Shown: piece by piece, positions 46,389-55,532 of the stretch
Layout of the letters: every line of letters begins with the position of its first letter
Position numbering within the stretch: position 1 is the first letter of the stretch
Virus record (IMG/VR): IMGVR_UViG_3300029444_000365
Span: 1-64,000 of that record
Direction: 5' to 3' (one strand)
Length of the DNA stretch: 64,000 bases
Origin: a virus
Notes under the pieces: model-generated
Database searches by the model: none
Seen by the model: the letters and a program-made list of their open reading frames with translations, nothing else
What the model was told of the DNA's origin: nothing
Translations under genes and position numbers: made by a program

Positions 46389-46616
46389 TTACCTCCTACT
46401 ACTAATTTTTGACAATAACTCTCTGCCACCCTTTAGCGAATGCCTTTTACATTCACCAAGCCATAGCATTCTATTTAACGACTCTGGAAGACTTATTACA
46501 TCTCCCTTTTCATTCTCATATATGTAATGAGAACCTGATTTCCGTTTGATATGGTATCCGTTCATCTCCATTACTGGATTGACGACACGGATATCACTAT
46601 GCCATCTTTTGCTCAT
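46389..46616 (-). CDS. hypothetical protein (75 aa)
   Basis: ORF. Confidence 0.4.
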   Translation of the reverse strand: MSKRWHSDIRVVNPVMEMNGYHIKRKSGSHYIYENEKGDVISLPESLNRMLWLGECKRHSLKGGRELLSKISSRR

Positions 46617-46725
46617 TTGTTTTCTCTCCTTTTATTTATTTGACCGTATAGCCGTTATCTCAGCTATTATGTATTATTTATGCATATACCATAACTATGC
46701 ACCTCCTTTGCATATAGTTATTCTC

Positions 46726-47646
46726 TTAAATTGCCTTCTTTCTTGTTGCTTTTTTCTTTGTTGCTGTAAATGGGCTTTCCATTTCGTAACGTACAATTTC
46801 TGACAGATAATCAAAAATCTGTGCCTGTGTTTTATCCATGATATTTTCAACAAAGTATTCAGTTCCATTACAATGTTTAATTAAGGCTTTCTCCATTTCG
46901 TCTGTTCTGCCTTCTGTGTATGCATATAATGCTTTTAAAGCACGAATAATTTTTGCAGTATATGCTTTTCCGTTGTAACTATCTGCATATCCATTCCATT
47001 TGAGTTTGGTAATAATATTAAGAATATGATCAAGCAATTCTGGATTCATACGAACTAATTCAATTCCATCTGTTATGGATGTGAGCGTTCCAACTTTGTT
47101 TGCCTTATTTCTATCTCCTTTGACCGACAGATTGTATTTTTTACAAATATCTCTAAGTGTAATATAATCCTCATCTCCACTTGTTATCTTTGCCTTATAT
47201 GTATCTTTTGGTCTAATCTGTGTTCTGCCTTTTGTTTGATCCGTAAATATAGCGATTGCTTTCTTTAAATCGCATTCAATTACTTGTCCTACAATAAAAT
47301 CTTTTCCTGATTTTACTGCTCCGTATGTTCTATGTTGCCCTTCAATAGCCCAAAGTAATCCCATAAAATGCCAATAAATAGGCAATCCCCACAAATCACT
47401 ATCATAGTTATTTCCAATAGATAAAGCCTTTGGTACTCTGATTTCCCTTTGCCATTCTGGGTAATGGATGTATTTCGGATCAATACAAATCAAAACCTTA
47501 TCACCAATCCGTGAATTTACCTTTGCGTTCTTTACAAGTTCCTTTATAAATATTTTCTCTGTCTTTTCGTCAATCCCTGCTGCCTTCCTGATTTCTGCTA
47601 CTTCTTTCTCTGCTTCTTCTGGGAATAAAAATGTTCTTTTGCACAT
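46726..47646 (-). CDS. DndB-like DGQHR-domain (ParB/Srx-fold) protein, 306 aa
   Basis: WAIEGQHRTYGAV = DGQHR signature. Confidence 0.6.
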   Translation of the reverse strand: MCKRTFLFPEEAEKEVAEIRKAAGIDEKTEKIFIKELVKNAKVNSRIGDKVLICIDPKYIHYPEWQREIRVPKALSIGNNYDSDLWGLPIYWHFMGLLWAIEGQHRTYGAVKSGKDFIVGQVIECDLKKAIAIFTDQTKGRTQIRPKDTYKAKITSGDEDYITLRDICKKYNLSVKGDRNKANKVGTLTSITDGIELVRMNPELLDHILNIITKLKWNGYADSYNGKAYTAKIIRALKALYAYTEGRTDEMEKALIKHCNGTEYFVENIMDKTQAQIFDYLSEIVRYEMESPFTATKKKATRKKAI

Positions 47647-47729
47647 AACTTTTACCTTTTTAACCTTTCTTAAATTTAAATTTTTTTGTATAAAAATAAC
47701 GGTTTGCCTTTTGACAAACCGTTTAGTTA

Positions 47730-47984
47730 CTAAATACCCAATTCTTTTCGGATTTCGCTTGTCCAGTAGCGAACATCCTCAAGCTCTTCTCCATTTGCAA
47801 TGTCTTCATCTAAATTAGTAAGCAAATACTTGATTGTATTATTTGGCTCACCTTTCTCTTTACTTGACTGAAACTCGCATAAATAATTATAAGCATTCTC
47901 AGCTATCTCGATTGGTGCGAAACCGCCTTTCCAATTCATATTAGCATAATCAGCTATGCGGTAGAAATCAGCATAATCTAACAT
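47730..47984 (-). CDS. hypothetical protein (84 aa; ATG start MLDYADF)
   Basis: track ORF start adjusted to first ATG, 1 nt after upstream stop (TAATATG). Confidence 0.4.
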   Translation of the reverse strand: MLDYADFYRIADYANMNWKGGFAPIEIAENAYNYLCEFQSSKEKGEPNNTIKYLLTNLDEDIANGEELEDVRYWTSEIRKELGI

Positions 47985-47985
47985 A

Positions 47986-48129
47986 TTAATCAACCTCTCT
48001 TCTGCCTGTAATAGTCAAAGTAAAATTCTGCCTTACCACTACTGTAATTTTTGTGTAGCCTTTTCTTTTTAATGAACGGATTGCCTTCCGCTCGTTGTAC
48101 ATTGGAACATTAAATAGTGTGTAACTCAT
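47986..48129 (-). CDS. hypothetical protein (47 aa, MSYTLFNVPMYNERKAIRSLKRKGY...)
   Basis: GGAGG RBS, ATGA overlap with upstream micro-ORF. Confidence 0.4.
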   Translation of the reverse strand: MSYTLFNVPMYNERKAIRSLKRKGYTKITVVVRQNFTLTITGRREVD

Positions 48130-48251
48130 GCTGCATCCTCCTTTAATAATACATATTCAAGATAATCAGTTTCCGTTGCGAATAACTGATATCTGCTTTC
48201 GCTTTTCAGCCATCCCATATAGCCGTTGGGTACGGTGTATCCTTTAATCAT
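48126..48251 (-). CDS. hypothetical protein (41 aa, MIKGYTVPNGYMGWLKSESRYQ...)
   Basis: AAGGAGG RBS. Confidence 0.4.
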   Translation of the reverse strand: MIKGYTVPNGYMGWLKSESRYQLFATETDYLEYVLLKEDAA

Positions 48252-48263
48252 TGTTTGCCTCCT

Positions 48264-48440
48264 TTACAGTAATGCGGATAATATTTCCGCAAAGCTCTTG
48301 TGATTTTTGTTTTGCCTTTTATTTCTCTTTGCATAAAGCTCCTCTGCATAACGCATATTCTCATATGCGATCTCTGCTTCAGGGCGAGCATCTATAATTT
48401 CCATTCCGTTGTACGCTCTGTATACTATTGCCTTTTGCAT
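48264..48440 (-). CDS. hypothetical protein (58 aa, MQKAIVYRAYNGMEIIDARPEAE...)
   Basis: AGAGGAGGA RBS; TAAAATG junction. Confidence 0.4.
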   Translation of the reverse strand: MQKAIVYRAYNGMEIIDARPEAEIAYENMRYAEELYAKRNKRQNKNHKSFAEILSALL

Positions 48441-48441
48441 T

Positions 48442-48582
48442 TTACAGTTCCTCCTCTCTTGCGGTGCGCAAAATCCGTGTTACCTCATTTTCGGATGTTG
48501 CATTTTTGATTTTATTAATTACGTTTTCGCTATAGCAAAGCTGCTTAGCAATGCGAATAGCGTTGTACTTTATTGCGCCCAT
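48442..48582 (-). CDS. hypothetical protein (46 aa, MGAIKYNAIRIAKQLCYSENVINKIKN...)
   Basis: GGGAG RBS. Confidence 0.35.
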   Translation of the reverse strand: MGAIKYNAIRIAKQLCYSENVINKIKNATSENEVTRILRTAREEEL

Positions 48583-48586
48583 TTAT

Positions 48587-49099
48587 TTATTCTCCCTTCT
48601 GTACGTAATCGAACCTTTCGATTACATCATCTGTATAGTTTGTATCTGGATTGTAAATTAGATACGTTACTATTGTGTCTCCCTTAGTGCAGTCAACACT
48701 TTCGTATGAGATATAGCTTCCGTCCTCAAGACTTCCGTTTTTCTCATCGTCTGTGACTGTTCCAATGCATTTTTCTATGATTAGTTTGCCTTGTCTATTG
48801 GCAAGAATATCTTCTGTAAGTTCAGAAGAATCATAGAATTGACAAATATTATCCGTTTCTGTTTCGCTTGGGATCACGTTTACATTTGGCTCAAAATTGT
48901 AACTGTCAGTTGATGTACTGATAGTCAACTTATTTTCGCTTGCATAGTAATCAATTGATTGAATATCATTGACTGCTAAGTATTGTTTTGCGTTTGGTTT
49001 TGGCTCAACTGTCTTCTGTATAGACATTGTTTTGCCTATTAAAAAAGCACTCATTACGAGTGCGGTTGTTGTTAGTATGTATGCAATTTTGTGTTTCAT
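48587..49099 (-). CDS. hypothetical secreted/membrane-anchored protein (170 aa)
   Basis: N-terminal hydrophobic signal-anchor. Confidence 0.5.
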   Translation of the reverse strand: MKHKIAYILTTTALVMSAFLIGKTMSIQKTVEPKPNAKQYLAVNDIQSIDYYASENKLTISTSTDSYNFEPNVNVIPSETETDNICQFYDSSELTEDILANRQGKLIIEKCIGTVTDDEKNGSLEDGSYISYESVDCTKGDTIVTYLIYNPDTNYTDDVIERFDYVQKGE

Positions 49100-49129
49100 G
49101 GTTCGTTTATCTCCTTAATTTTGGGTATA

Positions 49130-49165
49130 AAAATAGCACCCTTTGCGCTTTACGTTTGGGTGCTT
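49130..49165 (-). terminator. intrinsic terminator (AGCACCC...GGGUGCU stem + AUUUUUAU on minus-strand RNA)
   Basis: 7-bp GC-rich stem, 16-nt loop, U-run; downstream of 49195..49497. Confidence 0.45.
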
Positions 49166-49194
49166 GATTGGTGCGTTGGTTATATTTGACGCAG

Positions 49195-49497
49195 TTACAT
49201 TGTTTTTAGTTTCGCTTGAAGTTCTGCTATTTGAGCCTGGACTTCTTGCTTTGCCTGCTGCTTCTCTATATAATTACTATCTGGGATGAATTCCATTATC
49301 TCATCAGGCATACATTGAAAATAATCGCAAATACGACAAATAATTTCTAATGTTACAGATTCATTATTAATTAATTTTTGCATAGTACCACCACCAATAT
49401 TGGCAGCTATTTTAAATTCTTTTTGTGTTAAATTATTTTCTTTTAGCTTATTAAAAAGCCTAGTATATTCAATACGCATTTTCTTATATGCCTCCAT
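49195..49497 (-). CDS. XRE-family HTH regulator with C-terminal coiled coil (100 aa)
   Basis: LTQKEFKIAANIGGGTMQKLINNESVTLEIICRICDYF HTH_3-like. Confidence 0.6.
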   Translation of the reverse strand: MEAYKKMRIEYTRLFNKLKENNLTQKEFKIAANIGGGTMQKLINNESVTLEIICRICDYFQCMPDEIMEFIPDSNYIEKQQAKQEVQAQIAELQAKLKTM

Positions 49498-49578
49498 CAG
49501 TTATTCACCTCCTATAATAGCATATAATTTCGCTTTTGTAAAAGGGCAAAGTTGTCCCTTGCCCTTAATTTCCGTAGA

Positions 49579-49869
49579 CTATTTAACCCCAAAACTTTTT
49601 AATGTCTGAGGTTCAAGAGTGGCAACCATATAATAAAACAATGCATTCAGATATAATTCATCATCTTTTGCTATATGTTCCCAATTTTCCCTTGTTTCTT
49701 CTGCGGTTGCTTTCAGACCACCGCCATATTTTTGCCAAATAGTATCTCTGCTACCTACAGACATATCACGCAAATGGTTATCCATTTGACGCAAAGACTC
49801 CATCCGTTGAGCGGTGTTCCAATCGTTAATTTTGAGCATAGTAATGCCCTCCTTTTGTTTTTTAGGCAC
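49579..49869 (-). CDS. hypothetical protein (96 aa)
   Basis: ORF. Confidence 0.45.
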   Translation of the reverse strand: MPKKQKEGITMLKINDWNTAQRMESLRQMDNHLRDMSVGSRDTIWQKYGGGLKATAEETRENWEHIAKDDELYLNALFYYMVATLEPQTLKSFGVK

Positions 49870-49993
49870 ACTGTACCTATCTACAATGTTACCATAAAAT
49901 CAGCCTCCTTTTCAATTTCCGTTTCGCTACTGCTCATCGGTTACGGACTCACACCGTAAGACGGAAGGCAGAACTTAATCTGCCTTTATATAA

Positions 49994-50239
49994 TTATCCA
50001 AAACATAATGTTATTTTGCGTTCTGTATAAGTACGCAACTCATTATTCCAGACTGTGCCTTCTGTATGCGAATATGTGCATGGCAAACCCTCATATTTTA
50101 AATCCGCAAGACATATATCTTTTAATTTTTTATTAGGCAATTCTATTCCTAGATCTGCCTTTATAAGTTGAGATATTATATCTTTTGCCTTATAGTTACC
50201 TTCTGCATCTGAATGAATTGTTGTTTGCATATTAAGCAT
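49994..50239 (-). CDS. hypothetical protein (81 aa)
   Basis: ORF. Confidence 0.4.
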   Translation of the reverse strand: MLNMQTTIHSDAEGNYKAKDIISQLIKADLGIELPNKKLKDICLADLKYEGLPCTYSHTEGTVWNNELRTYTERKITLCFG

Positions 50240-50241
50240 GA

Positions 50242-50433
50242 TTATACCTCCTGCAAATCTAATTTAATCATGTCTATAACTACAGTTCCCTTATATTTCA
50301 AAGGTTCATTATAAAAGGCATTCCAACCCTCTTTGATTTTTTCAAGCTGTTTTTGAGACAGCCACATGTCAAGCATGTTTTCTATTAAAGCCTGATTATT
50401 CATGACGTAAGTCCTCCTTAATCTCTGAAACAC
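50242..50433 (-). CDS. hypothetical protein (63 aa)
   Basis: ORF. Confidence 0.4.
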   Translation of the reverse strand: MFQRLRRTYVMNNQALIENMLDMWLSQKQLEKIKEGWNAFYNEPLKYKGTVVIDMIKLDLQEV

Positions 50434-50600
50434 TCTTCAAAGTCGCAAAGTGCCATTTCCCTATAAATTCCAGACGCACCGCCAAAAGTTCGTGCATATA
50501 AAAGCGCAAACTTATTTCGTGCATACTCTTTTGAAAATACGCCTATATTATAGGCAAGTCGAATAGAATATAATTCTTGTGAAAACTTGTCTTTCATCAT
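50418..50600 (-). CDS. hypothetical protein (60 aa)
   Basis: ORF. Confidence 0.4.
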   Translation of the reverse strand: MMKDKFSQELYSIRLAYNIGVFSKEYARNKFALLYARTFGGASGIYREMALCDFEECFRD

Positions 50601-50611
50601 ACTATTTCCCC

Positions 50612-51097
50612 TTAATCTCTAATATTTGAGGCAGTCCAGCCAGCGTTGCCTTTTCCGTACCAATGAGCCTCTTCAGTTACCTCGTTCCACTCAAGCGGAT
50701 TATTAATCTGATGTGTGTTAATCCGTGAGCCAGTTCCTTTTTTATGCAAAGCATATGTTTTCATCATGCTTTTACAACTATCAAAGGACAGATTTTCCCT
50801 TTGAACCGTAGGAATATAGCCTAACTTTTCACACGCAGACTTTACCCACTTATAAATCGGATGGTCTGCATTTACAAGCACATCTTGCCAATATCCGCAG
50901 AAAATATGGACTGGCAATTTACCATTGAAAAGCGCAAAATCATCGCATACCCAGAAAACACGCTTTTCGTTTTCGTTGGTGTATCTACCGTAGATTGCAC
51001 CTGGTAACACCTTAAAATCGCAAGGCAGATTTGTAACAGTTCCCTTACATAAACGCACATAAAATTTTGGTGCGTGTACGTGGTTATTTTTTGGCAT
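50612..51097 (-). CDS. hypothetical protein (161 aa; trimmed to MPKNNHV start)
   Basis: AGGGGG RBS; removes overlap with hairpin and tRNA-like fragment. Confidence 0.45.
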   Translation of the reverse strand: MPKNNHVHAPKFYVRLCKGTVTNLPCDFKVLPGAIYGRYTNENEKRVFWVCDDFALFNGKLPVHIFCGYWQDVLVNADHPIYKWVKSACEKLGYIPTVQRENLSFDSCKSMMKTYALHKKGTGSRINTHQINNPLEWNEVTEEAHWYGKGNAGWTASNIRD

Positions 51098-51144
51098 GGT
51101 TTCACCCCCTAAAATTAGGCGCACTTGTAGTGCGATTTTTGAAA

Positions 51145-51185
51145 TAGGCAGGCAGGGAATCGAACCCTGCTCACCTAGCACTTGC
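51145..51185 (-). other. tRNA 3'-half-like fragment (T-arm CAGGG-UUCGAUU-CCCUG + acceptor 3' strand CUGCCUA), no 5' half
   Basis: hand fold; upstream part does not form an anticodon arm; typical footprint of integration into a tRNA gene. Confidence 0.4.
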
Positions 51186-51200
51186 GTACTACTACCTAGA

Positions 51201-52022
51201 TTATTTTGCAGCCTTTTTGTCCTCAGACTTTACTTCAGGCTTGATAACCTCATGGTATTTCTCATTCGCAAGGACAACCGAACACAAGTCGGTAATACTT
51301 GCTACTTGCTGAGCTTTAGTCAGATTAAGGTTGTAGTTATACGGCTCATAATTCACCGTTTTATTACCTAAATCATCCTTGCCAGTCTTAATCTTTCTAC
51401 TAGCGTTACCGCCAAAAGAAGCGACAAAATGATGTAATAACCACTCATCAATAAATGAACGCTTGCAAGTAACTGGATAGAAATACTTACAATCCTCATT
51501 GTTAAAAATCTCAACAATCAACGGACGGAGATACTCTTTGAATTGTTTAAGCCCTGAACCTTTTGTGTAAAATGTTTTGATAGCATCAGCAATTTTCTTT
51601 GCTCTTTCATCTGAAAGAAAATCAGAATTAAAAGCTGTAATATCAATAGATTTATAAATCTGGTGCGCTAATAAATTGATGTGAACACGGTCTGTCAGTG
51701 GTAAAGCGGTCACTGTATCGAGTGACATGCAAGCCTCTACCTCTTTGCGAAGTTCTACGACATTATTCCGCTTAGAGATAAAGTCCCCTGCATCTACTCC
51801 GAGCTTCTCAACGACAACCCCAACCTCAGCGGTTAAAGCATCCACACCAAGAGCTACTCTTTCAAACTTCTCGCGCAAGTCTGTAAAAGCCTTCTCAGCC
51901 TTTGCAAGCTCAGCATGACGGACAACGGTCTTGACTGCATCCATAACTAAGAAGTTATCCTTTTTGCAAGCATCGAGATTAGTTGCGTCAGTTTTGATGT
52001 CGAATAATTCAGATTTTAACAT
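51201..52022 (-). CDS. hypothetical protein (273 aa; start at second Met with GGAAGGA RBS)
   Basis: ORF; by eye more GC-rich than its surroundings. Confidence 0.5.
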   Translation of the reverse strand: MLKSELFDIKTDATNLDACKKDNFLVMDAVKTVVRHAELAKAEKAFTDLREKFERVALGVDALTAEVGVVVEKLGVDAGDFISKRNNVVELRKEVEACMSLDTVTALPLTDRVHINLLAHQIYKSIDITAFNSDFLSDERAKKIADAIKTFYTKGSGLKQFKEYLRPLIVEIFNNEDCKYFYPVTCKRSFIDEWLLHHFVASFGGNASRKIKTGKDDLGNKTVNYEPYNYNLNLTKAQQVASITDLCSVVLANEKYHEVIKPEVKSEDKKAAK

Positions 52023-52968
52023 AAATAGTCCTTCCATCCTAGTTTTAACGTGGGGACATCCACGAAAAAAAATAAATAAGTTTCAATGTTTTTTTTACTG
52101 GAATAATTCCAGCGACTGCGCTATAATGGAATTGAACCACTACAAAAGATTTTATAAAAATCCAATGGTGCCAACTAGCGCACTATTCACCGACTAAGGT
52201 TACTTATATTTTTTTAAACCGATTGAACTAAAACAAGTTTTCGGAGATTTTAAAACTTGAGTTTTTCGCACTAGCTCATACGGATATAAGCTATTTTGTA
52301 AACCAGTATAAAACCAAAATCTAACAATTAAATGTTTTTTACTGGCTTGTATGTAAAATCTGTACGAATACAGATTATAGAAAAGTTGTGCTATGTATTG
52401 GTACTTGCTAACGGATATATGCTGTATATACATTAGCTTGCGCCCCGTCAAATATGTTTAGGTAAAATTAGTTCATGCCCCTGAACTTGCTAACTACATC
52501 TCATGCAATAGCTGTCTGTAATGTTATTATATAGGTTTACCAAGGTTTACACCTACAATTCTATTAGTACCATTCTACCATTCTACGGTGGTACTAAGAC
52601 AGTTAAGTTCGCTGTCGTGGCTTTAGTCTATATAACCGTTTTGACATACGTTTTAAATACGTCTATTCCGTCATCTGCTGTGCGGTGCTTCGCTCGTGTG
52701 GTCTATGACCTTTTTATTATAGCTGAGCAAATAGCTATCTTGCTATCATGTAGCAAGTGGTACTTTATTAACTTGTCAATCACTACTGAATGAAGTAGTA
52801 ATTAGGTTTCCGACACCCTTAACGTATGGACTTATAAAAAGGGTTTTGCCCCTTGCCCTTTCGGACAAGTCAATAATAATACAAATTTTGGGATTTTGCA
52901 ATACATTTTTTAGGATTTTTATTATTTTGTTAAAATTGTATAATTTTAGTATAGTTTTGGTGTGGGTT

Positions 52969-53049
52969 ATTGTGAATTATTCACAATTTGTTGATAACTA
53001 TGTGGATAAGTTTTAATTGATTGTTGATAACTTATAAAAATGTGGATAA
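52969..53049. promoter_or_regulatory. 19-bp perfect palindrome ATTGTGAATTATTCACAAT followed by four direct DnaA-box-like 9-mers (2x TGTGGATAA = rc TTATCCACA; 2x TGTTGATAA = rc TTATCAACA)
   Basis: seen directly in the 1.6-kb non-coding hub. Confidence 0.5.
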
Positions 53050-53564
53050 ACTAACGATAACAAAACTATATCAGATAATAATATCAATACTATATAACAT
53101 AGTTTTTAAAACTACATATAATGGTTTTTATAGTTCTAAAAAGAATGTATAATATATATCTATTATCCATTGTTTTGCCTAATTGGGGGTAGTTAAAACT
53201 AATTAATAAGGCTGGAAATGCAGCAAGCCCTATAGCTGATTCATCCACACACCAACTCAAAAATCCATCCTTCCCCAATCCTCAAAAATCCCAACAAAAT
53301 CAAGCAAAATCCCAAATTCTCTCCTCCAAACCACTTATCGTACCCCATATCGTCAAAACCCACTAAAATCAAGCATTTTCCTTGCTTTACAACCCAAAAA
53401 TCAAACCTTCCTCTCACCAAAAATTCATCCATAAATCCAAAATCTTCCTTATTTATAGGTACTTTTAACGATAACGTTTTTCACCTCAAAATCGCCCAAA
53501 TCATCTCTCACCACACTCCTCACATAGGGGGGTACTCAAAAAACTACACACAAAATCACTCCAA

Positions 53565-53585
53565 TAAGAGAATAACTATATAACC
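53565..53585 (+). promoter_or_regulatory. AGAGAATA-type promoter-like motif (ATAAGAGAATAACTATATAAC) upstream of 53622 gene
   Basis: one of 6-7 related copies upstream of plus-strand genes. Confidence 0.35.
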
Positions 53586-53621
53586 AATACAAAAATAATT
53601 ATTCAACTTAAAGGAGAAAAC

Positions 53622-54599
53622 ATGAATACATATCTAATACCAACAACAGCAGCTTATTGCTATGAACCTTATGATCATATCTATCTCGCATATGCCAACA
53701 CTCCACTAGAAGCATATAGAAAAGCACAAACAGAATTACAAGGTGAATACATACCACAAAAATTACAAAAATATGAATCATACTCATTTGAATTATATAA
53801 GCCAAATGACACTGCTACTTTCCCATTTCCAGAATCTCAAAAATATGATATACTTACAGAAGCGTTTAAGAATACAAAAGGAGCTGAGAATATGGGACAT
53901 TTTAATGTAAATTGGAATGAATATACTGAAGTTTTATCTAAAAAAGCAGATAAAGAAATTTGGTCAAATCCGACTTATCCTAATAATGGTATATTAACTA
54001 ATTATCTAGTTCATACCTATAAACGTCTTAGAACAGAAAGACAAATTATAAGAAAAGATAATTATGCTTTATTTAATACAGGACTCTTTACCAAGTATTA
54101 TGAATCAATATATGCGTATTCTGATCAGGAGTATAATGTATCATTTCTTACTGGACATGAATTAAATCAACATGGAATATCTGAACGTCCACAAAAAGCT
54201 AATTATTTTGAAGATCCTTCTCTTCTATTGTTTGATTGGCATTACCCAATAGATATACATTTCAAGCATATTTTGGAAGATGAAAAGAATAAAGAAAGAT
54301 TACCAAAAGGATTTTTAGAAAAAGAAAATAAAATGTGTATCTTAACAGGCGCAGTTGAATTAATGAAACGTAGAGTTTCAGCAAACTATAAATTAGCAAT
54401 TCCACAATGTTATGAAGATAAAATTCAATTATTACTTCCTTTATGTTTAGACACAGACGAAGGAAAACCTGATTTAGCTCTTGCAGTCACAAAATTAGAT
54501 AATTGTTATCAAGGATACACATGTTTAACACTTGATATGGCATATAATAATGCTCGTCTTATAGCTAAACCAGAGTCTAGTTGGTTATATTCTAAGTAA
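53622..54599 (+). CDS. hypothetical protein (325 aa)
   Basis: strong RBS AAAGGAGAAAAC; no family recognised. Confidence 0.6.
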   Translation: MNTYLIPTTAAYCYEPYDHIYLAYANTPLEAYRKAQTELQGEYIPQKLQKYESYSFELYKPNDTATFPFPESQKYDILTEAFKNTKGAENMGHFNVNWNEYTEVLSKKADKEIWSNPTYPNNGILTNYLVHTYKRLRTERQIIRKDNYALFNTGLFTKYYESIYAYSDQEYNVSFLTGHELNQHGISERPQKANYFEDPSLLLFDWHYPIDIHFKHILEDEKNKERLPKGFLEKENKMCILTGAVELMKRRVSANYKLAIPQCYEDKIQLLLPLCLDTDEGKPDLALAVTKLDNCYQGYTCLTLDMAYNNARLIAKPESSWLYSK

Positions 54600-54611
54600 A
54601 AATTGTTTATC

Positions 54612-54652
54612 TAAGGCAGATTGATTACTCAGTCTGTCTTATTTTTATGTCA
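54612..54652 (+). terminator. intrinsic terminator (AAGGCAGAUUG / CAGUCUGUCUU stem with two G-U pairs, then AUUUUUA)
   Basis: seen directly after 53622..54599. Confidence 0.5.
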
Positions 54653-55115
54653 AAATATACATCCACTCTCTCTAGCGTTCATATTGCTTCAAATAAGCCA
54701 TTCTAATTTTTAGACAACAATCTCTCCACCCACTTTCTTTTACACACCTTAAAAGGCAAAATACAAGGTCATATTTTTTAACTTCAAATCTCAAACTATA
54801 CAATATAACTAAATATATCATCAATATTGCAACGTATTTTATATAAAATGTATAGCATTCATTCTCATAACACCCTCTATAAGCTGAAAATTCACTGTCC
54901 TGACAGTGTGTAGAAAGTTCCAACCTACTACCCTTACACTTTATTGGCTAAACAATGCATTTCTCAAATTTACTATTCCAATAAGGAAAAATAAAAATGT
55001 ATGTCATATGTGCGTAAGCACAAGATATAGTCCCTTGATAGGGACGGTCTTTTCGCAGCGTTAGCAAGAAAAGAATATCTCTAGGGTAGACAACTGATAA
55101 CAAGCCCATACCAAA

Positions 55116-55130
55116 AGAGAGAATAATATA
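55116..55130 (+). promoter_or_regulatory. AGAGAGAATAATATA promoter-like motif
   Basis: 18 nt upstream of 55148 start. Confidence 0.35.
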
Positions 55131-55147
55131 CCAAGGAGGAATCAAAT

Positions 55148-55519
55148 ATGATACAAGAAAACGAAATACCAAAATATCTCAAGTCAAAAGAAAGCAATAT
55201 CTCAAAGAGTAATCGCAAATCAAAACACAAACATCATTATGAAGAATGTTTAATTCAATACAGATCCACATTTATAGGAAAGACTCGTCTTAATACAGAT
55301 TTATATACCTACTGTACTATTTGTGGAAAAATAAATGAGCGATTCAAGGAAAATAAATCTATTGTAAAAGATTATATCAGAGAAGTTAATTCGCCAATAG
55401 GTAAATTCAAATGCTACTCTCGTATTTCTAGTGAGGAATTATATAAAAAATATCATGATAAATTGCCAATATTCTTTGTAGAGAATATTTACAAAGAGAA
55501 GTATGTTGATTTAGAGTAG
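55148..55519 (+). CDS. hypothetical basic protein (123 aa)
   Basis: AAGGAGGA RBS. Confidence 0.5.
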   Translation: MIQENEIPKYLKSKESNISKSNRKSKHKHHYEECLIQYRSTFIGKTRLNTDLYTYCTICGKINERFKENKSIVKDYIREVNSPIGKFKCYSRISSEELYKKYHDKLPIFFVENIYKEKYVDLE

Positions 55520-55532
55520 AATAATAATCCAG

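Noticed and set aside
50612-51181. N-terminal 28-codon extension of ORF 50612..51181
   Set aside because: Extension overlaps a stem-loop (GCGCAC-ttgta-GTGCG + T-run) and the tRNA-like fragment; an internal Met at 51097 has an AGGGGG SD.
53090-53805. Minus-strand ORFs 53090..53278, 53241..53432, 53608..53805 in the non-coding hub
   Set aside because: They lie in the G-depleted/low-complexity tract, lack SDs, and overlap the strongly supported 53622 gene start.
54672-55172. Minus-strand ORFs 54672..54923 and 54948..55172
   Set aside because: No SD, opposite to the local transcription direction, sit in a promoter/terminator-rich intergenic region.
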